Shown piece by piece: positions 1 to 9,738 of a DNA stretch of 64,000 nucleotides. The position numbers and the translations under genes are program-made. Under the pieces are notes generated by a model. It worked only from the letters and a program-made list of their open reading frames with translations. It did not search any database and was not told the origin of the DNA. Positions within the stretch are counted from its first letter, which is position 1, and each line of letters opens with the position of its first letter. The stretch covers positions 1,920,947-1,984,946 of the forward strand of contig CBDDKV010000002.1 of the NCBI GenBank assembly GCA_965230395.1, written 5' to 3'. Source of the DNA: Bacteroidales bacterium (GTDB taxonomy: Bacteria; Bacteroidota; Bacteroidia; Bacteroidales; UBA10428).

Positions 1-1926
1 GGGGTTGTTTCAATTTCTAAGTCGGGTAAGGCTTTGGAAAACACATATTTTAAGAAGCTGGAAGCTATTTCAGGGCTAAAGAAGAGGGTAATTGAAGATT
101 TTTACAAAACAATGGTAGCGGATGTAGAAACATATGCCCAATCTAAAGATATCCAGGTTTTTATTCAAGAGTTAATTAGTTATCACCGTATGATGAGAAC
201 CGGCAGTAATGAAGGGTTTTATGTCTCAACCAGAAGATATGAATCGCTTTATAAAAAGCATTATGATGCCATGAATACCTATATGAGAAGTAGAGGGTAT
301 AAGGATGTATTTCTTATTTCCAGGAAGCATGGACATGTAATGTTTTCTGTGGAAAAGGGGGGCGAATTTGGAGAAAACCTGTCTGAGGGAAGTTTAAAAA
401 ACAGTGTGTTGGCAAAAGTCTGGAGTGAAGTTGCACAAACAGGAAAGACCAGTATCTCTGATTTGGAGCATTATTCCCCCAGAGATAATGAGCCTTCTCA
501 ATTTGTGGCCAGCCCTATATTTAGTTCCGGAAAGAGTAATGAAGTGGCTGCGATATTGGCCGTGCAAGTCCCGGACTCCCTCTTGAACCAGATTGTGGCA
601 GACAGGCAGGGCCTTGGGGAGACAGGGGAAACATATTTGGTCGGGCACGATTATTTAATGCGATCTGAATCAAGGTTTCATAAAGGTGCTGTGTTAAATG
701 CGAAAGTTAAATCAGAAGCAATGTTAAAAGTCCTTGAAGGGGGCAAAGGATCAGGTGCCGTTAAGGATTATCGGGGAATACAGGTTATAAGCGCTTATGA
801 TAAAATTGGAGTTGAGGGATTAAATTGGGTTATACTAACGGATATTAACAAATCGGAAGCCATGCAGGGGGCTGCCCAATTAAGGAACTTTATACTATTA
901 ATAACAGTATTTATAATATTGGCTGTAATACTAGCTACGTGGTTACAGGCAAGAAGTATTGCCCGTCCTGTAGAGGAGGCGGCCAGGCTTGCAGATGGTA
1001 TTGCCAATGGGGATTTAACAAAAGAAATAAAGGTTGCGCAGGATGACGAAATTGGAACAATGATTAAGTCCTTGTCATCCATGTCATCTAAACTAAAGCA
1101 GATTGTAACAAAAATAATGTCCGGTTCTAACTTTATAGTATCCGCCAGTCAGCAAATAAGTGGATCAGCCCAACAAATGAGCGAAGGGGCCAGCGAACAG
1201 GCATCATCGGTAGAAGAAGTCTCTTCGACAATGGAACAAATAGTTGTCAACATTTCACAAAACAGCGAGAATTCGCGTTATACGGAAGAAATTGCAGCAA
1301 AAGCCTATAAAGGTATTCAGAATGTAAGTAAGCACTCGAAGAACAGTGTTGAAGCCAATAAACAAATTTCAGAGAAAATTAGTGTTATTACGGATATAGC
1401 CTTTCAAACAAATATTTTAGCTTTGAATGCAGCGGTTGAAGCCGCACGGGCAGGAGAACATGGGAAAGGTTTTGCCGTAGTGGCCGGCGAAGTGAGAAAA
1501 TTGGCAGAGAGGAGTAAGGTTGTCGCGGACGATATTGTAAACCTGGCACACAATAGCCTGCAAATAGCAGAACAAGCCGGAAAAAGTATGGAAGAAATTT
1601 TACCGGATGTATTAAAAACAACACAATTGGTGCAGGAAATATCTTCGGCAAGTAATGAGCAAAACGAATGGGCCAGTCAGGTTAATAATACGATACAGCA
1701 GTTGAACTGTATTGCCCAGCAGAATGCTGTTGCCAGTGAAGAACTGGCCACTAATGCAGAGGAAATGAGTGGACAGTCGGAGCAGTTAAAAAGTACGGTG
1801 AACTTCTTTCAAATAGATAACGAGGACCTGTCAGTAATGAACACACTTGAAAGCAAAGTAAAAAACAGACAAGTTAAAAAAGTAGAACATAAAAAAGACG
1901 ATGATTTGGTTTTTGAAAGCTATTGA
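1..1926 (+). CDS. methyl-accepting chemotaxis protein with Cache-like sensor (5' end off-window)
   Basis: The frame is open from nt 1, with no stop before the TTG at 34, so the N-terminus lies outside the window. It has a Cache-like block ([17 protein letters not shown] ... [32 protein letters not shown]), a TM helix, a HAMP region and the canonical MCP signalling hairpin ([32 protein letters not shown]). Confidence 0.9.
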   Translation, partial: GVVSISKSGKALENTYFKKLEAISGLKKRVIEDFYKTMVADVETYAQSKDIQVFIQELISYHRMMRTGSNEGFYVSTRRYESLYKKHYDAMNTYMRSRGYKDVFLISRKHGHVMFSVEKGGEFGENLSEGSLKNSVLAKVWSEVAQTGKTSISDLEHYSPRDNEPSQFVASPIFSSGKSNEVAAILAVQVPDSLLNQIVADRQGLGETGETYLVGHDYLMRSESRFHKGAVLNAKVKSEAMLKVLEGGKGSGAVKDYRGIQVISAYDKIGVEGLNWVILTDINKSEAMQGAAQLRNFILLITVFIILAVILATWLQARSIARPVEEAARLADGIANGDLTKEIKVAQDDEIGTMIKSLSSMSSKLKQIVTKIMSGSNFIVSASQQISGSAQQMSEGASEQASSVEEVSSTMEQIVVNISQNSENSRYTEEIAAKAYKGIQNVSKHSKNSVEANKQISEKISVITDIAFQTNILALNAAVEAARAGEHGKGFAVVAGEVRKLAERSKVVADDIVNLAHNSLQIAEQAGKSMEEILPDVLKTTQLVQEISSASNEQNEWASQVNNTIQQLNCIAQQNAVASEELATNAEEMSGQSEQLKSTVNFFQIDNEDLSVMNTLESKVKNRQVKKVEHKKDDDLVFESY

Positions 1927-1989
1927 ATTACAGAAGACGGGAAGTAAAAACATTATAGATGAAAATAGTCATTCCAAATCAAACATTGT

Positions 1990-3219
1990 ATGGCTATTTT
2001 TCAAAAAAAGACAATTATGAAATTTGATCCAGCAACAGCGTTGCAAAACTTAAAACAATTTGGAGAATTTGGAGGAGTCAATCCATCAATAACCGATTCG
2101 TCTACTTATACATTTTTGGAGGCTGAATCAATGAGTGAAACTTTTCTCGGCCAGATGGAAGGGTGCTTCTTGTATTCACGGCACTGGAACCCGAGTAATA
2201 AATATTTGGCCGAAGCTTTGGCGGCTATGGATGGAACAGAAACAGCATGGGTTACAGCTTCCGGTATGGCTGCAATTACCTGTTCATTGCTACAATTGTG
2301 CAGTGCAGGGGATCATATAGTGACAAGTGTTACAACCTATGGTGGTACATTTGCCTTCTTGAAAAATTACCTGCCAAAATTCAATATCGACGTTTCGTTT
2401 GTTGACATTTCGAACCTGGAGAGTGTTGAGAAAGCCATGCGCCCGAATACGAAGGTTGTCTATACCGAGAGTATTACAAACCCCTTACTGCAGGTTTCGG
2501 ATATCCCCGGGTTAAAAAAGATAGCTCATCGGCATAATGCCAGACTAATGGTTGATAACACGTTTAGCCCGATGATTTTGTCACCAGCAAAACTCGGAGC
2601 AGATATTGTGGTGTACAGCATGACAAAGTTTATCAACGGGAAAAACGACTGTGTGGCAGGGGCCATATGTGCAAGCAATGAGTTTATTGATTCACTGTCT
2701 GATGTAAATTCAGGAACGGCAATGCTTTTAGGCCCGGTGCTCGATCCTTTAAGATCCTCTGGAATATTAAAGAATTTACATACCTTACATATTCGAATGA
2801 AACAACATAGCAGGAACGCTATGTATCTTGCCGAAAACCTGACAAAGTATGGAGTAAAGGTAACGTATCCGGGATTACAGCAGCATCCGGATCATGAATT
2901 AATGAAATCGCTTCAGAATGAAGAATATGGATTTGGGGGTATTCTGGCTTTAGAATTTGAAACATCGGAGAAAGCCAACTATATAATGAAGCAGTTGCAG
3001 GATGAAGGCGTAGGTTATTTAGCTGTAAGTCTTGGGTATTTTAAAACCCTGTTTAGCAATTCTGGTAAAAGTACTTCTTCTGAGATACCTCAGGAAATAC
3101 AAGGGAAAATGGGGCTTAATCCCGGACTTGTAAGGTTTTCGGTTGGTTTGGATAACGATATTGAAAGAAGCTTCCAGTCTATTAAGGGAGTGCTGGATAA
3201 AACTGAGAATAATATCTAA
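1990..3219 (+). CDS. Cys/Met-metabolism family PLP-dependent enzyme (methionine gamma-lyase / cystathionine- or O-acylhomoserine-type)
   Basis: 409 aa. It has the trans-sulfuration fold signature with the Schiff-base lysine in SMTKFINGKND, plus the YSRHWNPS and VDNTF blocks. The exact activity cannot be resolved by eye. Confidence 0.8.
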   Translation: MAIFQKKTIMKFDPATALQNLKQFGEFGGVNPSITDSSTYTFLEAESMSETFLGQMEGCFLYSRHWNPSNKYLAEALAAMDGTETAWVTASGMAAITCSLLQLCSAGDHIVTSVTTYGGTFAFLKNYLPKFNIDVSFVDISNLESVEKAMRPNTKVVYTESITNPLLQVSDIPGLKKIAHRHNARLMVDNTFSPMILSPAKLGADIVVYSMTKFINGKNDCVAGAICASNEFIDSLSDVNSGTAMLLGPVLDPLRSSGILKNLHTLHIRMKQHSRNAMYLAENLTKYGVKVTYPGLQQHPDHELMKSLQNEEYGFGGILALEFETSEKANYIMKQLQDEGVGYLAVSLGYFKTLFSNSGKSTSSEIPQEIQGKMGLNPGLVRFSVGLDNDIERSFQSIKGVLDKTENNI

Positions 3220-3387
3220 GTGTATTATAATGAGCGGGGGTTTCGCCTACCGTTTGTTGTGTAATAAAAAATTATAATGGCATTATTGCATCTTATGGTT
3301 GTTGTTTTTCTTTAGTCTTAGACTACAATAGTGACAAAAATAAAAACAAAGAAAAGTCGTTTCCTTGTTGAGATTGATTATGCGTCA

Positions 3388-3921
3388 CTAGTAAACCCTG
3401 GTTGCGAATGTTTCAACCTGTTTGTTTACGAGAATTCCGTTGGTGGTTGCGTTTGCTTTATTAAATTCATATCCCAACTTGTTATTTGCCGTTACGAAGT
3501 TAATAGCAGATCCCTGGGATATGGCACCCACCTTTTCGGTAATTAAAAGAGTAGGGTTTTCTCCGATAACAGATTTGGCTTTTACCAAAACATCCTTATT
3601 GCATTTACTTTCTGCAACCAATAGAATGTGAAATTTTGAAAAGCTCACCTGCTCAATTTTTGTCAGGTTCATTACATCAACATTTCTGTGTTGTAAACCT
3701 GTACCCATCGTAAGCTTGGAGATGGCTTTGTAAACATCAAAGGAGCCATAAACACCAATTTTAAAGTTGCCGTCTTTCATTTCCTCTGGCCACTTTATAT
3801 AGCGTACCAAGGAGACAAGGTATTTAGCAATAATTTCAGGTTTCTCAGCTTCTTTTACCGTGAAACTGGACAAAACCATGAAACTCACTAATACCATGAA
3901 GGTAAGAAGTGCTTTTTTCAT
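3388..3921 (-). CDS. secreted YfiR/DUF4154-like protein (tentative)
   Basis: It has an N-terminal signal peptide (MKKALLTFMVLVSFMVLSSF). The C-terminal pattern HILLVAES...TLLITEK...GSAINFV...KLGYEFN resembles DUF4154. The assignment is from memory only. Confidence 0.5.
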   Translation of the reverse strand: MKKALLTFMVLVSFMVLSSFTVKEAEKPEIIAKYLVSLVRYIKWPEEMKDGNFKIGVYGSFDVYKAISKLTMGTGLQHRNVDVMNLTKIEQVSFSKFHILLVAESKCNKDVLVKAKSVIGENPTLLITEKVGAISQGSAINFVTANNKLGYEFNKANATTNGILVNKQVETFATRVY

Positions 3922-4501
3922 TATGAAGTCTATAAGTATTAAGATTAATTCCGGTTCGAATATACTCTCTCTAGTTTTTATGAATATTTTATTAATATTA
4001 ATTAACTTTTAAGAAAAAAAAATTAGAATTAACGTTAATTAAACTTTTTGTGTTTGATTTTTTCAGGTGTCGTGTGCTTTGGTAGTAACGCTATCGGGGC
4101 TTTTCGAATAATTTGTTTGTTGATGCATGACGGCGTAATAAATTGATTGTATAGGGTTATCATGAAGTTACTGTTTCATTTGTTTGCAAGGAACCCTGAT
4201 TGATTTTCCCAAATGGACTATAAAAGTAGTCTTGGTTTTGGTCTGTCTAACCTGAGCCTGGTTGTTGGAACAGCAAACCTCTAGTGAAATGTGTAGGTTT
4301 TGTCTCTAGCTCCCTAAAGGGTATCTAAAATACGGTATTGGGAGTATACAAATTAGGTGGTGGGGATAAGAAATCCTGAAAATGCATAGGTTTTGAAGAT
4401 AAAAACTTAAACGGGTTAAACAGAAGATGGGGGCGTTTTATAAAAAAAGCCTTTTAATCTTCATATGCTTTCGATACTTTCGCTTTGTTTTGTTGCACAA
4501 A

Positions 4502-5044
4502 ATGAATGTTTTTATGAAAGAGAAGTTTTTTGAAAAATACCGGATATTGAGTGAAGAAATTGATGAACAATGCAGTAGCCTATGGCAGTTGTATAAAGGT
4601 GAAATGCAGTGCAAGCCGGGTTGTGCATCTTGTTGTCAGGCTTTTAGGGTATTGCCAATCGAATATCATGCGATAAAAAACGCAATTGGAAGTGAAAAAA
4701 TAGAAATAAATAAAGAAGCCGGAGAGGGGCAGTGCAGATTTTTGGTAAATGATGCGTGTTCCATATATGAACACCGCCCTGTTATCTGCAGGACCCATGG
4801 TTTTCCATTATACAGGCTAAACGATGAGGTAGAGGCTTATGAAATTTCCTTTTGTCCATTAAACTTTGAGGACTATCCATTTGAAAAGTTCACCACAGAA
4901 AATTTATTCCCTGAAGATAAATATAATAGTAAATTGTATATGCTGAACAAAGAGTTTATACAGGACTGTTCGGAGCAAAAATATGACCCCCTCGAACTCA
5001 TTGAGCTGAATGAATTGTCGAAGGGGTTAAACAAAGCAAGTTGA
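4502..5044 (+). CDS. YkgJ-family CxxCxxCC cysteine-cluster protein
   Basis: The motif CKPGCASCCQAF and a second Cys cluster (CRFLVNDACSIYEHRPVICR) are present. The ORF track starts at 4427, but the ATGs at 4502 or 4514 avoid an implausible hydrophobic leader. Confidence 0.75.
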   Translation: MNVFMKEKFFEKYRILSEEIDEQCSSLWQLYKGEMQCKPGCASCCQAFRVLPIEYHAIKNAIGSEKIEINKEAGEGQCRFLVNDACSIYEHRPVICRTHGFPLYRLNDEVEAYEISFCPLNFEDYPFEKFTTENLFPEDKYNSKLYMLNKEFIQDCSEQKYDPLELIELNELSKGLNKAS

Positions 5045-5069
5045 AGATTACAATAATAAATCAAAAACA

Positions 5070-6380
5070 CTATTTCTTTATAAGCATTTCACGTGTGGAA
5101 TACCCATTTTGGGTAGTGACCTCAATTATGTAGAGGCCTTTTTTAAGTTTGTTAATATCAATCTCGGCATCCATGTTCCTGTAAATATTGTCCAGGCTAT
5201 TTTCGCAAATCCTTTTGCCATATGGGTCAATAATGGAGTATTTGGCTTTTGTTGGTTCAAAAAGCTCATTGATCGTCAACCGAAATTGCTCATTAGCCGG
5301 ATTTGGAGATAAGCTAAAAGATATTTTTTCAATGTATTCAGGGCAGACAAGTTTAATGTCCCGTTCGTCACAATTATCGGGACCATAGCAACATATTTCC
5401 CTGACATCGAAGTTTGCTGTCGGATCATAATTACAGGCGGCATTGTCCATACATCCCAGCCGGATAGAATCAGAACAGGAGCCATCATCACAAACGGCCT
5501 CAGGGGTGTATTCTGCAAAATAAGGGTCGGTGCAGCCACAAATTAACGGGAAAGAAAGCCATCGGTTATAGTGTTGGTTTTTCTTCGGATCCAGTAAGGT
5601 GTCGGTGGCATAATAATAGTAGGAGGTGTTCTTTCCCCATGCATCAAAATCAGTTAAACTTATTACTTCCAGGTTTAGCTTAAAAGAAAGTTCCCCTTTG
5701 GTGGTTAACTGGGCAACAAGCACCATGTTCTCTTTGTCCTTTCCGCTAACAGCCCCTACCGACGATTCAACTATAATGCCGTCTGTTTTACCGGTTGAAT
5801 CGTTAAAAAGGAACAGGCGGCTTTTTTTATTAGAAGAAAAAGTGCTGTCAGAAATGGTAGAATGAATCCTGTATTTTTCAGCGCTACTGTCAGGTTCTAC
5901 TAAACCATCAGCTATGGATATAGGACGGCCGGCAGATTCGTCTTCATGGGCAAGGAATTCTGAGCTATTGAAAACAGAAGTGTCGGGGTCACTTTCTTTG
6001 GGGATCCCAAGGTGATTTGCGGTTGCAAAACCAATAGATAACCATGAGTCCAGAGCTATAGTTCCATAGGTGAAAAAGAATGGGTTAATTGAACTCCCAT
6101 ATTCATCACCTGAAGGATGGTTGAAAAAACTTTTAGTACTTTGAACGATTACCGGATGGCGAGGATCCCCAATAATTGATTTTAGTGCATACCCTTCTTC
6201 TAAATCAGCGAATACGCGGTAGGTTACAGAGCCTTCTTCGAGGTGGCCTTCAAGTGGATCTAAAGTGTCTTTTTCTCCTGCTACATAATAAGTTTCTACA
6301 AAGAGCCTTTCTAACTGGGCACTAAGCTTTGAACACCAAACTAAAGAGAAGGACAATATAATTAGTATTTTATTTTTCAT
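5070..6380 (-). CDS. T9SS-secreted protein: shared N-terminal module + Cys-rich repeats + Por-type C-terminal sorting domain
   Basis: It has a signal peptide and an N-terminal module paralogous to those in 9739-12744 and 13109-14083 (VTYRVFADLEEGYAL, FFNHPSGDEYG, LVAQLTTKGELSFKLNLEV). Two Cys-rich units follow (GCTDPYFAEYTPEAVCDDGSC, GCMDNAACNYDPTANFD). It ends in a T9SS CTD (LSPNPANEQFRLTI...GLYIIEVTT...MLIKK). Confidence 0.85.
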   Translation of the reverse strand: MKNKILIILSFSLVWCSKLSAQLERLFVETYYVAGEKDTLDPLEGHLEEGSVTYRVFADLEEGYALKSIIGDPRHPVIVQSTKSFFNHPSGDEYGSSINPFFFTYGTIALDSWLSIGFATANHLGIPKESDPDTSVFNSSEFLAHEDESAGRPISIADGLVEPDSSAEKYRIHSTISDSTFSSNKKSRLFLFNDSTGKTDGIIVESSVGAVSGKDKENMVLVAQLTTKGELSFKLNLEVISLTDFDAWGKNTSYYYYATDTLLDPKKNQHYNRWLSFPLICGCTDPYFAEYTPEAVCDDGSCSDSIRLGCMDNAACNYDPTANFDVREICCYGPDNCDERDIKLVCPEYIEKISFSLSPNPANEQFRLTINELFEPTKAKYSIIDPYGKRICENSLDNIYRNMDAEIDINKLKKGLYIIEVTTQNGYSTREMLIKK

Positions 6381-6402
6381 GTATTTTTAATTTATTGAAT
6401 GT

Positions 6403-9400
6403 TTAAATTTTGTATGATATACTCAGAATATAGCTCGTTCCATAGGAATAGCTGTCAAATGGATAATCATTATAACTTCCTTCATAGTAGTACGCCCTTG
6501 TCGTTGATTCGTTGAGCAGGTTTCTGATTTTAAAATCAATGCTGAAATTATTTCCAACAGACTTTGATGCTTTAAAATCCAGGCGGTGCATCGGAAGCTC
6601 GTAAACATCGGGGACCTCGTCGCTTAATGAAGCAAGGGCAATTTTAGGCCCTTGTACGTTGTAGCTTAATGCCACTGTAATACCAAGCGCCTCGGAAGTG
6701 TAGTCAATCAGGCCATTTATAATGTAAGGGGCCTGGCCAAACATGGCGCGGTCGACTTTATCTGATAAAATTGTGTCATACTGATAAATATTTACGAGCG
6801 TATTTGATTCAACGATGGTTACGTTTGCGCTGATGTTTAAATTCCGGACAATTCTTTTTTTTCCTTCTACTTCAATACCAATGGCTGTTCCCTTGTCTGC
6901 GTTGGACCAGCTGTACAACCCGTTTGTATTGATCATTTCTATATGATCTTTAAAATTTTTGTAGAACAAACTGGCAGAGACGAATTCACCGGAACTGAAA
7001 TAAGACTCTAACCTAAAGTCAAAATTATCGATATGGGAAATTCTTAAATCGGGATTTCCTATCACGTAGGTGCCAAACTCATAGTCGAAGAACCAGAATG
7101 GTGCAACCTCCCTGATACTGGGCCGTGCAATTGTTCTGCTGTAATTTAACCGTGTATTGAAGCTGACATTCTCGCTTGTCAGTAATTTATGTACTAAATT
7201 TATACTTGGAATATAGTCGATGCTGTAAATATTGGTAGGATTGGCCTTGTTCCCTTTTGTTCCCGGAGGGGCCCCGGTTGATGAATTAAATAACCTTTTC
7301 GGATCGTCACGGGGGAGCCCCTGCTCATGGAATTTCTTAATATCGTTGAAAAGGTCGGTGTATTCAACCCTTAACCCACCACAGATTCTGGTTTTTAGTG
7401 TTAAATCATAGTCAGCCATCAGGAACCCTGAAGAAATTTTCGTATGTCCGACGTTAAATAAAATGTCAGAACCTTGCGAAACATAATGTCTGTAAATAAC
7501 CAGGTTGCCAGCCCTGTTTTCTACAATGTTAAACGTAGATTGTCTTATGGGAGCTGATGGATCTTTAACTTTTAAATTATCAAAACCACCAGTATAAACG
7601 TTATAAATGTACTGAGAAGCATCGCGTGTGTTGTTGAAAAATGAACTTCCGAATTTTATTTTTCGCACAAATCCGGCTTTTTTCGTTATGGGTATTTCTC
7701 CGGTTGCGTTTATATCCAGGATATCTTCTTCCAGATACCTATACCTTCTTTGCGGGCTAAAGCCATTGGAATAACCATATAATACAGCTCCGGTTGAATC
7801 TTTTAAGTCAGGATTGGAAGCGTAAGTAAAACTTTTATAGTCCGGAGTGGAACTGCTTCCATCGGTAAAAGAACCTAAAAGTTTAACTTTAAGCCGGGAA
7901 ACGGGAAAGTAATGGCTCGATTGGAACTGGTAGGCGAATTGTTTTCTTTCCTCGTAATGCTGATCATGCTGAAAAGTATAAGCATAACCATATTCCTGCT
8001 CCATGCTAAAGGAGTAGCCCGAATCAAATCGGACTTTGTTTTCACCACTCATGTTTGGCATAAACAGCAGTGAAATGCTATGGTTAGGTGTGATTTTATA
8101 AGCAGCACTTAACAATGCGCTCCATTCATTTGTTTCTGTTGTGTATTGCCTTTGATAGTCGGTATAGTTTTTAAAATATTTCTCGCCCCTGTTGTATGAG
8201 TATGTGAGCTGCTCTGCGTTGGGGTCGCTTTTTGTCGAGCTGGAATAACGGATTCCGGCTAACAGGCCAAGAGGTCTACCGAAAAACATAATCTGATTAC
8301 CTATCGTAATATCTTGGCTGAAAGACAACGGTGCTTGCCTTTTTGTTGTCATCCAGTTATCTGGCAGGGTTTTGCCAAATTCAGAAGTTGGGGTGTTCAT
8401 CTTTGTGAAGGCTTCACGGTATAGTTGTGATTTTGGGTCTTCAATTTGTTGTAAAGCTTCATTAACGGCAGTTTTATCATAAATTTGTCCGGGCGGAAGA
8501 ATTCCTAATTCAACCATTCCCAGCTTCACATAAATATTTTCCAGTGATGGGGTTTCGTTTACGTGTTCGTCAGTAGCCCCCATTGCATTTAAATGCTCTC
8601 TTAGTCCCAGGGCAACAAACTGATCGTAAGCTTTAGGCGAACCAATATATTCTGAATATTTGGAATGATCAATATCCCTGAACCCATCATCGTATCCCAT
8701 CCATTCGGTGGGACTGTGTGCAGAAGAAACCACATCTTTAAAGGTTGTCTGGTCGTTATACCCAAAAGAACTTTTTACATTTAGCATGAACTTTTGTGGA
8801 TAGCTCTTGGTTTCGATAGAAAGGTAAGCCCCGGTCCAGTCACCGGGTAAATCCGGGCTCTGGGTTTTTGTAATCACAATGTTGTCGATTAAACTAGTCG
8901 GAAACATGTCCAACCGAATATTGTTTGTAAGCGGGTCAAGGGTGGGGATCCGGGCCCCGTTTATTGTTGTTTTTACATAGCGGTCAGCCAATCCGCGAAC
9001 TGTGATAAAGCCTTGAACGGTAGATACTCCCGTTACGCGTTTGATAGCGTCTTCTACTTGTGAATCTCCTGTTTTTTTAATCGTTTCTTTTGAAATATAA
9101 TCAATGCTTGTTGCAGATTTGAGCTTGATGGTTTTCATGTAAACGTCATTCTCCCGGTTTGCTTTGCCGATTACAACAGCTTCTTCAATCTGTTCTGAAC
9201 TGGACTGCAGTGTAATGTTTTTTATTATAACCTGATTGTCCTTAATGCTCAGAGGGAACTCTGTTTTCTTGTGGCCAACGTAAGAAATAACAATTGTATG
9301 CGAACCAGAAGGGGGCACTTTGAGTGAATATGCCCCTTCGAAATCTGTAATTGTAGCAACGCTATTATCGGCTTTGAGGACAACGGTGGCCCCGATAAGA

Positions 9401-9501
9401 TCTTCTCCGTTTTCATCGGTTACTTTACCACGTATTATTCCCTGAGCCTGAGAAGCCGTTATAGAGAGTAATATGAATAAAAGGGGTAAAAGTGTTTTCA
9501 T
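6403..9501 (-). CDS. TonB-dependent receptor with N-terminal CarboxypepD_reg domain (no SusD partner)
   Basis: 1032 aa. It has a signal peptide, a CarboxypepD_reg block (IIRGKVTDENGEDLIGATVVLK...TDFEGAYSLKV), a plug region (VTGVSTVQGFITVRGLADRYVKTTINGARIP) and a long beta-barrel. No SusD-like gene is adjacent. Confidence 0.9.
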   Translation of the reverse strand: MKTLLPLLFILLSITASQAQGIIRGKVTDENGEDLIGATVVLKADNSVATITDFEGAYSLKVPPSGSHTIVISYVGHKKTEFPLSIKDNQVIIKNITLQSSSEQIEEAVVIGKANRENDVYMKTIKLKSATSIDYISKETIKKTGDSQVEDAIKRVTGVSTVQGFITVRGLADRYVKTTINGARIPTLDPLTNNIRLDMFPTSLIDNIVITKTQSPDLPGDWTGAYLSIETKSYPQKFMLNVKSSFGYNDQTTFKDVVSSAHSPTEWMGYDDGFRDIDHSKYSEYIGSPKAYDQFVALGLREHLNAMGATDEHVNETPSLENIYVKLGMVELGILPPGQIYDKTAVNEALQQIEDPKSQLYREAFTKMNTPTSEFGKTLPDNWMTTKRQAPLSFSQDITIGNQIMFFGRPLGLLAGIRYSSSTKSDPNAEQLTYSYNRGEKYFKNYTDYQRQYTTETNEWSALLSAAYKITPNHSISLLFMPNMSGENKVRFDSGYSFSMEQEYGYAYTFQHDQHYEERKQFAYQFQSSHYFPVSRLKVKLLGSFTDGSSSTPDYKSFTYASNPDLKDSTGAVLYGYSNGFSPQRRYRYLEEDILDINATGEIPITKKAGFVRKIKFGSSFFNNTRDASQYIYNVYTGGFDNLKVKDPSAPIRQSTFNIVENRAGNLVIYRHYVSQGSDILFNVGHTKISSGFLMADYDLTLKTRICGGLRVEYTDLFNDIKKFHEQGLPRDDPKRLFNSSTGAPPGTKGNKANPTNIYSIDYIPSINLVHKLLTSENVSFNTRLNYSRTIARPSIREVAPFWFFDYEFGTYVIGNPDLRISHIDNFDFRLESYFSSGEFVSASLFYKNFKDHIEMINTNGLYSWSNADKGTAIGIEVEGKKRIVRNLNISANVTIVESNTLVNIYQYDTILSDKVDRAMFGQAPYIINGLIDYTSEALGITVALSYNVQGPKIALASLSDEVPDVYELPMHRLDFKASKSVGNNFSIDFKIRNLLNESTTRAYYYEGSYNDYPFDSYSYGTSYILSISYKI

Positions 9502-9738
9502 ATGTTTTTGTTTATTGTTTGTTTGGTATTTCCTGGATTAACAGGTTTTATTCCTTGCTTTTATAATAAGGCAGAGATTAATTTAATGGAAATGAAAAAA
9601 GGAGGGCATCTCTAAAAAAGTATGTAATGTAGTGTTTTATAAGGAAACAGCTTTTATTATGTGATTGCTCAGTTTTAGCTTGTTGTTCTTGCAAAAAACC
9701 ACACTTTTTATTATAGAGATACCCTTTATGAAATATGT

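Noticed and set aside
6403-9501. SusC/SusD-type polysaccharide utilisation locus.
   Set aside because: The receptor has the CarboxypepD_reg N-terminus. However, no SusD-like lipoprotein, glycoside hydrolase or hybrid two-component/ECF regulator is adjacent, so a PUL call is not supported.
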